The notes under the pieces were generated by a model, which was not told the origin of the DNA, searched no databases, and saw only the letters and a list, made by a program, of their open reading frames with translations. A stretch of 64,000 bases of DNA from assembly GCA_045640865.1 (NCBI GenBank), contig JAZUFU010000130.1, positions 12,281 through 76,280 on the forward strand, written 5' to 3'. How positions within the stretch are numbered: the first letter of the stretch is position 1; every line of letters starts with the position of its first letter. Of the stretch, positions 36,585 to 44,946 are shown piece by piece. The DNA comes from Acutalibacteraceae bacterium. Its GTDB lineage: Bacteria; Bacillota; Clostridia; Oscillospirales; Acutalibacteraceae. The translations under genes were made by a program, and so were the position numbers.

Positions 36585-37507
36585 GAAGAAGCTTCGGTTA
36601 TCTTACAAAAGAAGGCTTCCGCAACATCTGGACGAACAGACTGATGTCCATCGCTTCAATCGCGGTTCTTCTTTCATGTCTTATTATGATAGGCTCCGCT
36701 TTCATGGTGCTTATGAATATTCAGCGCGTTATTGACGATATTGAGGATATGAACGTAATCGTTGTTTATGTTCAGTCCGATGTTGACGAAGCGCAGACAA
36801 AATACCTCGGCGACGAGCTTAAAAGCCTCAAAAATGTTGCAAGCGTTGAGTTCGTAGATAAAGATACAGCCTTCAAGCAGCAGATAGAGGCAATGGGCAC
36901 TAACGCCGATTACTTTGAGGACGCTGAGAATGTTCTGCCCGATACTTATAAAGTAACGGTAGATAATATGGAACAGTTTGACAAAACCTCAAGCGATATT
37001 TCAAAAATCAGCGGTGTTGAAAGCATAAGAGACAACAAGGATGTTGCTATTGCACTTTCAAGAATCCGCTCCTCGGTTTCCTACATAAGCATAGGCATTA
37101 TCGTTCTGCTCATGCTTGTATCACTTTTCATCATTTCCAATACAGTAAGAATTACCATGTTCAGCCGCCGCCTCGAAATCAGCATCATGAAATCTGTCGG
37201 CGCAACCAACGGATTTATACGCTGGCCGTTTGTTATTGAGGGCATTCTCCTCGGCATCATATCGGCGTTTATTTCCCTCGGCGCGGTGTGGGGCATTTAC
37301 GAGGTTGTCAAAAGGTCAGTCGCGTCAATGCTCGGCAACATAATGGGCATCGGCAAAAGTCTTATTGAGTTTAAAGAATATGCCCTGCTTCTGCTCGCCG
37401 CGTTCCTCGCCATAGGTATTCTTTCGGGTGTAGTCGGAAGTATGGTTTCAATCAGAAGATATCTTAAAGAGCAAGGAGGAGTAATTGATGAAAACAGCGA
37501 ACTTTAA
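36581..37507 (+). CDS. ftsX: Cell-division permease FtsX
   Basis: 308 aa. N-terminal TM helix, extracellular domain and three C-terminal TM helices (FtsX fold). ATGA overlap with ftsE. Confidence 0.9.
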   Translation: MRRSFGYLTKEGFRNIWTNRLMSIASIAVLLSCLIMIGSAFMVLMNIQRVIDDIEDMNVIVVYVQSDVDEAQTKYLGDELKSLKNVASVEFVDKDTAFKQQIEAMGTNADYFEDAENVLPDTYKVTVDNMEQFDKTSSDISKISGVESIRDNKDVAIALSRIRSSVSYISIGIIVLLMLVSLFIISNTVRITMFSRRLEISIMKSVGATNGFIRWPFVIEGILLGIISAFISLGAVWGIYEVVKRSVASMLGNIMGIGKSLIEFKEYALLLLAAFLAIGILSGVVGSMVSIRRYLKEQGGVIDENSEL

Positions 37508-38828
37508 AAGATTAACGTCTCTGATTCTCGCAATGGTTCTTTTCTGCTCCTGCGTTATTACAATCGCACCTGTTAAAAGCAGCGCCGCAACACTTGCAGA
37601 GCAGAAAGCGGCATATAACTCGAAAATTCAGAGTGCTGAATCTGAAATAGCAAGGCTGAGAAAAGAAAAAGCTCCTCAGCAGGCTATAGCAAACCAGCTT
37701 GAGGCTCAGCTTAACGATCTGACTAATCAGTCATACGTTATTCAGTGCGAGCAAGCGAATATAGACAAAGAGGTTACATCTCTCACAGCAGAGATTCAGA
37801 AACTCAACGCACAGATTAAAGAAACAGAAGAAAATCTTGTTGAAATGAACGAAAATATTGACGAAACCGTTGATGTTTTCTGCCAGAGACTTCGTGTGAA
37901 CTACATGAACGGACCTACATCTTACCTTGATGTTCTTCTTAATTCAAAAGATATTTCAAGCATGCTCAATCAGCTTGAGCTTATGAAAAGAGTTACCGAC
38001 AGCGACCAGAAGCTTGTTGATAAACTTAATTCAGAAATTGATAAAGCTGAAAAATTAAAACTTAAGCTTAAGTCAGACAAAAATGACGCTGAGCTTAAAA
38101 AGACAGAGCTCGGCGCGAAAAAAGTTGAGCTTGACGCTTCAAAGGCAGAGTATGACAAGCTCATTCTCAGCGCGGAAGCAAAGGCGGAGGAAGTAGGCCG
38201 CATCCTTTACGGCTTCAACAGCAAAATTGAGGCTCTGCACGAGGATGTCAGCGTCTATAAGAACGAGCAGGCAAAGATTGACAAGGTTATCAAGGCGGAG
38301 GAAGCCAAGAGACAGGCGGCTTTGAGAGCGGCACAGGAAGCAACCCGCGTTACAACTCAGAAGCACGCAAGCTCAGGCGGTTCTTCAAGCTCAGGCGGTT
38401 CATCAGGCGGCGGCTCAACCTATATTTCAACAGGCGGCAGCTGGACATGGCCTGTACCCGCGGCTTACATCAGCTCTTATTACGGATACAGATCAGACCC
38501 CGCAACGGGAGCCACAAAATTCCACAGCGGTCTTGACCTTGCCGCAGCCTCAGGCTCAAGCATTTATGCAACAAGGTCGGGCACTGTTCACGCGTATTAC
38601 GGCAGTACGGGATACGGCAATTATATCCTGCTTTACCATGATGACGGCACATCTTCACTTTACGGTCATTGCAGCGGATTCGCCGTTTCCGACGGTCAGC
38701 ATGTTTCTCAGGGTCAGGTAATTGCCTATGTAGGTTCAACGGGCTATTCAACAGGTCCTCACTGCCACTTTGAAATAAGAGACTCGGCAGGCAATAAGCA
38801 GAATCCCTTGAATTACGTTCATAAATAA
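37488..38828 (+). CDS. Secreted coiled-coil M23 (LytM) peptidoglycan endopeptidase
   Basis: Signal peptide, ~270-aa coiled coil, Ser/Gly linker. M23 motifs HSGLDLAA (HxxxD) and GPHCHFE (HxH). AAGGAGGA RBS. Confidence 0.85.
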   Translation: MKTANFKRLTSLILAMVLFCSCVITIAPVKSSAATLAEQKAAYNSKIQSAESEIARLRKEKAPQQAIANQLEAQLNDLTNQSYVIQCEQANIDKEVTSLTAEIQKLNAQIKETEENLVEMNENIDETVDVFCQRLRVNYMNGPTSYLDVLLNSKDISSMLNQLELMKRVTDSDQKLVDKLNSEIDKAEKLKLKLKSDKNDAELKKTELGAKKVELDASKAEYDKLILSAEAKAEEVGRILYGFNSKIEALHEDVSVYKNEQAKIDKVIKAEEAKRQAALRAAQEATRVTTQKHASSGGSSSSGGSSGGGSTYISTGGSWTWPVPAAYISSYYGYRSDPATGATKFHSGLDLAAASGSSIYATRSGTVHAYYGSTGYGNYILLYHDDGTSSLYGHCSGFAVSDGQHVSQGQVIAYVGSTGYSTGPHCHFEIRDSAGNKQNPLNYVHK

Positions 38829-38920
38829 ACAACCCTTTAAAAGCAGTCGGCCTTGTGTCGGCTGCTGAACTTATAAGATACTAATATTAGATAAATTCTG
38901 ACTTTTTTCGGGAGCTTTCT

Positions 38921-40087
38921 ATGAATAAAAAAATCTCTCTCGGCGTTGCCGTTACAATGATTATCGCTTTTATCGCCGCAACCTTTGCCATTACAATGTC
39001 AGTTTCTCAGCGCATTTACAACAGGCTTATCGGCAATTTGCAGGACAGAATGTCGTCATATACGCTTGTTGATGAGCTTGACGCTATCGTGCAGAAGAAT
39101 TTTTACGGCACGGTTGTCAATGATTCGCGCAACAGCGAAATGCTCCGCGGATATGTTGACTCCCTCAATGACCCGTCAAGCTGCTATCTTTCAAAGTCGG
39201 CTTATGCCGCGTATGTTGCCTCAATGAACGGCGAAATCAACGGAATAGGCGCGAGCGTTGCGCTTGACTCAAAAAGCGGCTATCTTACCGTAACATCTGT
39301 TTTTGAGAATTCTCCCGCCGCCTCCGCAGGCATAAAGGAAGGCGATCTGATCTCGGTTATCGACGGCGAAACCGTTACCAAAAAGAACTACGCCAAAATG
39401 ACAGAAAGTCTCAACGGCAGTAAGCTGACGAGCGTTAAAATAACCTATCTCCATAAAAACAAAGCAAAAACCGCTTCGGTTATGATGGGATATTCCGCAA
39501 AATCCGTTTCCTGCAAAGAGAATGTTACAACCGCTTATATTAAAATTGACGGCTTTTACGCCAACACCGCAAAACAGCTTGATGAAATTCTCAAAGGTCT
39601 TTCAGAAGAAATCACATCAATCATTTTTGATGTCAGAGGAACGGCGAGCGGCACAATTAAATATACAACTGACACATTAAAACTGATTGTTCCCATGGCT
39701 AACGAGGGGAGCGGCGCGCTTGCGACGGAAATTGACAAGAACGGCGAAAAGACATATTACGCGTCGAATTCCGAGAGCCTTTCGGGCTATTCAATCGTTG
39801 TGCTGACCGATAAGGAAACCTCCTGCTGCGGCGAGCTTTTTGCCTGCGATTTAAGAGATTTCGGCATGGCGGCGATTATCGGCGAAACGACAAAGGGCAG
39901 TGCCGATGTTCATGAAGCGTTTTCACTCAGCAACGGAAGCGGCGTTGTGCTCACCGTCGCGAAGGTTTACCCATATATCACCGAAACCTTTGACGGCGTG
40001 GGAATTGAACCCGATGTGAAGGTCGAAAACACCAACGAAGTTGACGCTCAGCTTCAGAAGGCAAATGAATATCTTGCAAAAAAATAA
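38921..40087 (+). CDS. S41-family C-terminal processing peptidase homologue with PDZ domain (Cys at the nucleophile position)
   Basis: 388 aa with an N-terminal TM helix and a PDZ domain (GIGASVAL..VFENSPAASAGIKEGDLISVIDGE). The S41 core reads VVLTDKETSCCGELFACDLRD..IGETTKGS, where canonical enzymes have GSASASE. Confidence 0.8.
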   Translation: MNKKISLGVAVTMIIAFIAATFAITMSVSQRIYNRLIGNLQDRMSSYTLVDELDAIVQKNFYGTVVNDSRNSEMLRGYVDSLNDPSSCYLSKSAYAAYVASMNGEINGIGASVALDSKSGYLTVTSVFENSPAASAGIKEGDLISVIDGETVTKKNYAKMTESLNGSKLTSVKITYLHKNKAKTASVMMGYSAKSVSCKENVTTAYIKIDGFYANTAKQLDEILKGLSEEITSIIFDVRGTASGTIKYTTDTLKLIVPMANEGSGALATEIDKNGEKTYYASNSESLSGYSIVVLTDKETSCCGELFACDLRDFGMAAIIGETTKGSADVHEAFSLSNGSGVVLTVAKVYPYITETFDGVGIEPDVKVENTNEVDAQLQKANEYLAKK

Positions 40088-40092
40088 AATAC

Positions 40093-40148
40093 TTGCAAAA
40101 TTAAATATTATGTGTTATACTCCAATTTGATAGTTACTATCAAATTGG
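40093..40148 (+). promoter_or_regulatory. zur-znu promoter with overlapping Fur-family operator
   Basis: TTGCAA (40093-40098), 17 bp, TGtTATACT extended -10 (40116-40121). It is directly followed by the perfect 27-bp palindrome CCAATTTGATAGT-t-ACTATCAAATTGG (40122-40148), whose core TGATAGT-n-ACTATCA is a 7-1-7 Fur-family box. Confidence 0.65.
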
Positions 40149-40159
40149 AGCGTTTTATT

Positions 40160-40558
40160 ATGGGAACAGAAAAATCATATCACACAAAACAAAAGGACAA
40201 GCTGCTTTCACTCTTTCAGACGGAGCCCGACAGGTGCTTCACCTCAAAGGAAATTATTGAGAATAAGGAGCTCGGGCTGAGCGAGGCCACGGTCTATCGA
40301 CTTATCTCTCATTTTGTCAAAGAGGGCAGGCTCAATAAATTCAAGGGCGAAAAGGGCGCGCTGTATCAGTTCAACCATTGCTCGGGCTGTACTCATTTTC
40401 ACATGAAATGCCTTGAATGCGGCGAGCTTTATCATATTGACTCGCCCATGCTCAAATCTGTTGAGGACAGCATCGCCGAAAGCTACGACTTTTTTGTCGA
40501 TAACACCAACACCACCCTTTACGGCTACTGCAAAGGGTGCAGAAAGGCGAAAGAATGA
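40160..40558 (+). CDS. zur: Fur-family metalloregulator (probable Zur)
   Basis: 132 aa from ATG 40160 (GGAG RBS). Winged-helix N-terminus and structural CxxC pairs (CLECG, CKGC). First gene of the znu operon. Confidence 0.75.
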   Translation: MGTEKSYHTKQKDKLLSLFQTEPDRCFTSKEIIENKELGLSEATVYRLISHFVKEGRLNKFKGEKGALYQFNHCSGCTHFHMKCLECGELYHIDSPMLKSVEDSIAESYDFFVDNTNTTLYGYCKGCRKAKE

Positions 40559-41502
40559 AGCGTTTAGCCGCATTCCTCCTTTGTGCTGTTATGATTTTTA
40601 CCCTTGCTTCCTGTTCCGCTCCTAATATTAACAACGAAAAAATCAGCATAATTTCAAGCGTGTTCCCGTCATACGATTTTGCGCGGCGGATTGCAAAGGG
40701 TGTTGACGGCGTGAGCGTTTCAATGCTCATTATCCCCGGCACTGAGCCTCATTCGTATGAGCCGAGTGTGCGCGACATGGCGCAGATAAAGGAAAGCTCT
40801 CTTTTCATTTATCTCGGCGGTGAGTCCGATGAATGGGTGGAATCGCTCATTGAAACATTTGACGGCGATGAAATAGACACTCTCAAAATGACCGACTGCG
40901 TTCCGCTCCTCGACGAGGAGGAGAAAGAGGGTATGCAGAGCGGTGAGGAGGAGCATCATCACGATGCCGCCGCTGAGGGTGAAAAGGACGAGCACGTCTG
41001 GACTTCGCCGAAAAACGCGGTTCTCATAAGCGAAGAAATCAAAAACCGTCTTTGCGAAATCGACAAGGAAAACGCCGCTGCTTATAACGCGAATTTTGAA
41101 GCATATAAATCACAGCTTGTGGAGCTTGACGCTCAGTTCAGAGAAACAATTTCGGCAGGCTCCGTTCTTATGGTGGCAGACCGTTTCCCGTTCCGCTATC
41201 TTGCGGCAGAGTACGGCTTTGAATATTTTGCCGCGTTCCCGGGCTGCTCAACAGAGAGCGACCCGAGCGCTGCGACAATGGCTTTCCTCGAAAGAAAAAC
41301 CCGTGAAATAAACGCAAATGCTGTCTTTTACACGGAATTTTCATCTCAGCAGGTTGCCGACACAATATGCGAGGCGACAGGAGCAAAGAAGCTGAGACTT
41401 CATTCCTGCCATAATGTAACCCTTTCGGAGTTTGAAAGCGGCGAAACATATTTATCCCTTATGAAAAAGAATTTAGAGAATATACAAGAGGCTTTGAAAT
41501 AA
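40555..41502 (+). CDS. znuA: Zinc ABC transporter substrate-binding lipoprotein
   Basis: Lipobox LASC. His/acidic loop EEEKEGMQSGEEEHHHDAAAEGEKDEH typical of ZnuA/AdcA. ATGA overlap with zur. Confidence 0.85.
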   Translation: MKRLAAFLLCAVMIFTLASCSAPNINNEKISIISSVFPSYDFARRIAKGVDGVSVSMLIIPGTEPHSYEPSVRDMAQIKESSLFIYLGGESDEWVESLIETFDGDEIDTLKMTDCVPLLDEEEKEGMQSGEEEHHHDAAAEGEKDEHVWTSPKNAVLISEEIKNRLCEIDKENAAAYNANFEAYKSQLVELDAQFRETISAGSVLMVADRFPFRYLAAEYGFEYFAAFPGCSTESDPSAATMAFLERKTREINANAVFYTEFSSQQVADTICEATGAKKLRLHSCHNVTLSEFESGETYLSLMKKNLENIQEALK

Positions 41503-41503
41503 A

Positions 41504-42214
41504 ATGTCATTGATAGAATGTAAAGACCTTTCAGTTGCATACGAGGGCAAAACCGTTGTCAAGGATTTATCCTTTAAGATTGACAGCGGCGACTCGGTGT
41601 GCATTGTCGGCGAAAACGGCTCGGGCAAAACCACCCTCATGAAAGCCATACTCGGGCTTGTGAGAACCTCGGGCGGCTGTATTGAATTCGGCGACGGACT
41701 TAAACAGAATGAAATAGGCTATCTCCCTCAGCAGACGGAGGTTCAGCGCGATTTTCCCGCGTCCGTGAATGAAATTGTAATGTCGGGCTGCCTTAATAAA
41801 ATGGGGCTTATTCCGTTCTTTTCCAAAAAAGAAAAGGCAAGGGCCGCCGAGAATATGGAAATTCTCGGAATATCGGCTGAAATGAAAAAAAGATGTTATC
41901 ACGAGCTTTCGGGCGGTCAGCAGCAGAGGGTTCTGCTTGCGAGAGCCCTGTGCGCGACGGACAAGCTCCTGCTTCTCGACGAGCCTGTCGCGGGACTTGA
42001 CCCGATTGTTACCGCCGAGCTTTATGAGCTTATCAGAAAGCTCAACGCCGAGGGCATAACGATTGTAATGGTTTCTCACGATATTGAGTCATCATTAAGT
42101 ATTGCCGACCACATTCTTCATTTGAATTACGACAACTCGTTTTTCGGTACGGTTGAGGAGTATAAGCTCTCCCCGTTCGGCAAAAGATTCATGGGAGGTG
42201 AGCGTGATGAATAA
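41504..42214 (+). CDS. znuC: Zinc ABC transporter ATP-binding protein
   Basis: 236 aa; GENGSGKTT, LSGGQQQR, LLLLDEP. Confidence 0.85.
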   Translation: MSLIECKDLSVAYEGKTVVKDLSFKIDSGDSVCIVGENGSGKTTLMKAILGLVRTSGGCIEFGDGLKQNEIGYLPQQTEVQRDFPASVNEIVMSGCLNKMGLIPFFSKKEKARAAENMEILGISAEMKKRCYHELSGGQQQRVLLARALCATDKLLLLDEPVAGLDPIVTAELYELIRKLNAEGITIVMVSHDIESSLSIADHILHLNYDNSFFGTVEEYKLSPFGKRFMGGERDE

Positions 42215-43061
42215 TGTGTTCTCTCTGCTTGCCTATTATTTCGGCTTCACCTTCGTTCAGCGCGCGGTTATCGCGGGCGTGCTGATTTCCCTTTGTGCCG
42301 CGCTTCTCGGCGTAAGCCTTGTGCTTAAAAGATACTCGATGATAGGCGACGGACTTTCTCATGTCGGCTTCGGCGCGACGGCTATCGCGGCGGCTCTGAA
42401 CCTTACAAATGTTTCACTTTATGTTTCAATTCCGATTGTTGTTATTTCGGCGTTCTTCCTGCTCCGCCTTAACGAAAACGGCAAAATAAAGGGCGACGCC
42501 GCCATAGGCATAATTTCCTCGGGCGCGCTCGCAATCGGCACGGTTATAATTTCTTTCACCAACGGAATGAACACCGATGTCTGCAACTACCTTTTCGGCA
42601 GTCCTCTTACAATGACTCACGGCGATGTATGCCTGAGTGTTGTGCTTTCCATTGTGGTTATTCTGCTGTTTGTGCTGTTTTACAATAAAATTTTCGCCGT
42701 TACCTTTGACGAGAATTTCATGAAAGCAACGGGACTTCGCGCGGGACTTTACAACACGGTTATCGCCGTTCTCACCGCCGTAACAATTGTTATCGGCATG
42801 AAGGTCATGGGCGCGCTTCTGATTTCCGCTCTGATAATTTTCCCAGCCGTCAGCTCAATGAGGCTGTGCAAATCTTTCCTTGCCGTAACGGTAAGCTCCG
42901 CGATTATTTCTGTTGTGTGCTTCCTCGTGGGATTAAGCGTTTCGTGTGTTTATGTAAGCCCCAACGGCTATACTCTGCCGACAGGTGCGACGATAGTAAT
43001 AATGAACATCATCGTTTTCATTATTTTCAGCATTATTAAAAGAATTAAAAGCAAGTCTTAA
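42207..43061 (+). CDS. znuB: Zinc ABC transporter permease
   Basis: Polytopic ABC-3 family permease. Start at ATG 42207 (GGGAGGTG RBS), overlapping the end of znuC. Confidence 0.85.
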   Translation: MNNVFSLLAYYFGFTFVQRAVIAGVLISLCAALLGVSLVLKRYSMIGDGLSHVGFGATAIAAALNLTNVSLYVSIPIVVISAFFLLRLNENGKIKGDAAIGIISSGALAIGTVIISFTNGMNTDVCNYLFGSPLTMTHGDVCLSVVLSIVVILLFVLFYNKIFAVTFDENFMKATGLRAGLYNTVIAVLTAVTIVIGMKVMGALLISALIIFPAVSSMRLCKSFLAVTVSSAIISVVCFLVGLSVSCVYVSPNGYTLPTGATIVIMNIIVFIIFSIIKRIKSKS

Positions 43062-43150
43062 CAGTTTCTTAACAAACGGTTAAATGTACGTTTATTGACA
43101 TACAAATATATAAAGTATATAATTAAGAAAAAATCCGAGGAGGTTTTTAT

Positions 43151-43720
43151 ATGTCATTTTGTTCTAATTGCGGTGCTCCCCTTGAAGAAGGTCAGCGTTT
43201 CTGCGCCAACTGCGGTACTCCTGTTGCCGCTCCTGTTACAAAAGAAAACCCTCAGCCTGAGCAGGAGAATGTAAATCCCGAAAACGCTCAGCCCGAAAAT
43301 TTTGCTCAGCAGGAAAATCCTCAGCCCGAAACTCAGCAGATTATTGTTCCTCAGCCCGTTTTCACTAAATTCCCGATAAGAAAGCGCAGTCTTGCAACCT
43401 GCATCGTTCTTTCTCTGATTACCTGCGGCATTTACGGCCTTTACTGGTATTACTGCCTGATTGAGGATATGCGCACCGTTACAGGCGAGCAGGAGGATAT
43501 GTCCCCTGCAATGACAGTTTTCGTAACAGTTATAACCTGCGGCATCTATGGCTGGATATGGCTTTACAGAGCAGGCGATAAGATTGACAAACTCAGACAG
43601 AGCCGCGGCGAAAGCTCATCATCCCTTGCCATCATTTACGCTCTGCTTGCGGTTATGGCTCTGCCGATAGTTGCCTACTGCCTTATTCAGGACGAATTCA
43701 ACAAGATTGCAGAAGACTAA
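43151..43720 (+). CDS. Zinc-ribbon + DUF4234 membrane protein
   Basis: N-terminal CSNCGAPLEEGQRFCANCG. E/N/P/Q repeat linker (ENPQPEQENVNPENAQPENFAQQENPQPE). Two TM hairpins with the CGIYGLYWYY / CGIYGWIWLY DUF4234 signature. Consensus TTGACA-17-TATAAT promoter upstream (~43107-43135). Confidence 0.65.
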   Translation: MSFCSNCGAPLEEGQRFCANCGTPVAAPVTKENPQPEQENVNPENAQPENFAQQENPQPETQQIIVPQPVFTKFPIRKRSLATCIVLSLITCGIYGLYWYYCLIEDMRTVTGEQEDMSPAMTVFVTVITCGIYGWIWLYRAGDKIDKLRQSRGESSSSLAIIYALLAVMALPIVAYCLIQDEFNKIAED

Positions 43721-43723
43721 GAC

Positions 43724-44104
43724 ATGAAACAGCGGTTGCTGAAAGTGATAAAAACAGGCGCGGTCATTGTTATAATCGGCTGCGTCTATGCGCTGTTTTA
43801 TATGAAAACAGGCTTCGGTATTCCGTGCGTTTTTAATCTTATCACAGGGCTTAAGTGCCCAGGGTGCGGAATAACTCACATGGCAGTGAACCTTTTAAGG
43901 CTTGACTTTGCCGCCGCGTTCAGCTCCAACCGTGCCGTGTTTGTGATGCTTCCTGCCCTTGCGTATCTTTTATGCGCGAAGCTTTACAGATATATAAGAT
44001 ACGGCAAAACAGACGAGCCGAAGCACGAAACGGTGATTGAAATAATCATGATTGCCGTCCTTGTCGCTTTCGGAATACTGAGGAATATCATAAGCGGATT
44101 ATGA
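43724..44104 (+). CDS. DUF2752 membrane protein
   Basis: 126 aa; GIPCVFNLITGLKCPGCGITH motif characteristic of DUF2752. Confidence 0.6.
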   Translation: MKQRLLKVIKTGAVIVIIGCVYALFYMKTGFGIPCVFNLITGLKCPGCGITHMAVNLLRLDFAAAFSSNRAVFVMLPALAYLLCAKLYRYIRYGKTDEPKHETVIEIIMIAVLVAFGILRNIISGL

Positions 44105-44181
44105 TATATTGTGCCGTTTGTTACAGCAGAACGCAAGATATTGCAGACTCGCAAAAATCAAATATTTTTTACAAAAAATGC

Positions 44182-44210
44182 TTGACAAGAACCCCCGGGT
44201 ATGATAGAAT
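44182..44210 (+). promoter_or_regulatory. Sigma-A-type promoter for rpmG-secE-nusG
   Basis: TTGACA (44182-44187), 17 bp, TAGAAT (44205-44210), followed by a ~115-nt leader. Confidence 0.55.
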
Positions 44211-44330
44211 AATCGTACCTCTTAAGGAGGGTTCTTTTTTTGTGCCCTTATTTAAAAGCTGACAGGGTAAGGCTTTTAACGAGAGGGAGGCTGAAATCCC
44301 GGGATGACCCGGATAAACGGAGGTGCCGAT

Positions 44331-44480
44331 ATGAGAGTAAAAGTTACCCTTGCGTGTACAGAATGCAAACAGCGCAACTATGACACGATGAAAAACAAGA
44401 AAAACACACCGGACAGGTTGGAGATGAACAAGTACTGCAGATTCTGCAAGAAACACACTCTCCACAGAGAAACAAAGTAA
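44331..44480 (+). CDS. rpmG: 50S ribosomal protein L33 (zinc-ribbon C+ form)
   Basis: Unlisted 49-aa [62 protein letters not shown]. Canonical position before secE. Confidence 0.95.
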   Translation: MRVKVTLACTECKQRNYDTMKNKKNTPDRLEMNKYCRFCKKHTLHRETK

Positions 44481-44495
44481 GCGGAGGTAACCAGT

Positions 44496-44915
44496 ATGGC
44501 TAAAAAAGAGAAATCCGAAGCTGCTGAAAAGATTGAAAAGGCCGCTAAAGCCAAGAAGTCAGGCGAGTCAAAGGCAAAGAAAGAAAATATCTTTGTTCGC
44601 ATCGGCAAATGGTTCAAGAAGTTCTTTAAGGACCTCAAGGGCGACATCAAGAAGATCACATGGCCCAACGGCAAAACCGTTCTTAAGAGCACACTGGTCG
44701 TTATTGCTTCAATCGCAGTTATCGGTCTTGCTGTTTTCCTGGTTGACTTAGGCCTTTCAAAGGGCGTTGACGGACTTGAAAGTCTTGCAACTCATTATTC
44801 GGAAAGCCAGACCGCTGACGAGGAATCTGCTGACAAGAAAGACGACAAAGCAGCAGCAGAGACCAAGACTCCCGCTCCCGCAGCAGAAATCAAAGCTGCT
44901 GACAAGGCGGAATAA
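44496..44915 (+). CDS. secE: Preprotein translocase subunit SecE (extended)
   Basis: 139 aa. Core KKFFKDLKGDIKKITWPNGK + single TM helix. Lys-rich N-terminal and A/K/E-rich C-terminal extensions. Confidence 0.9.
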   Translation: MAKKEKSEAAEKIEKAAKAKKSGESKAKKENIFVRIGKWFKKFFKDLKGDIKKITWPNGKTVLKSTLVVIASIAVIGLAVFLVDLGLSKGVDGLESLATHYSESQTADEESADKKDDKAAAETKTPAPAAEIKAADKAE

Positions 44916-44946
44916 CTGAAACAGGCTGTTTTTCGGAGGAAATGCA

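Noticed and set aside
44211-44330. Possible riboswitch or attenuator in the rpmG leader (short CCTC-ttaag-GAGG hairpin + T7 run; CCCGG-gatga-CCCGG hairpin)
   Set aside because: The stems are only 4-5 bp and I recognise no known leader family. The evidence is insufficient to call a regulatory RNA, though the ~115-nt leader is real if the promoter call is right.
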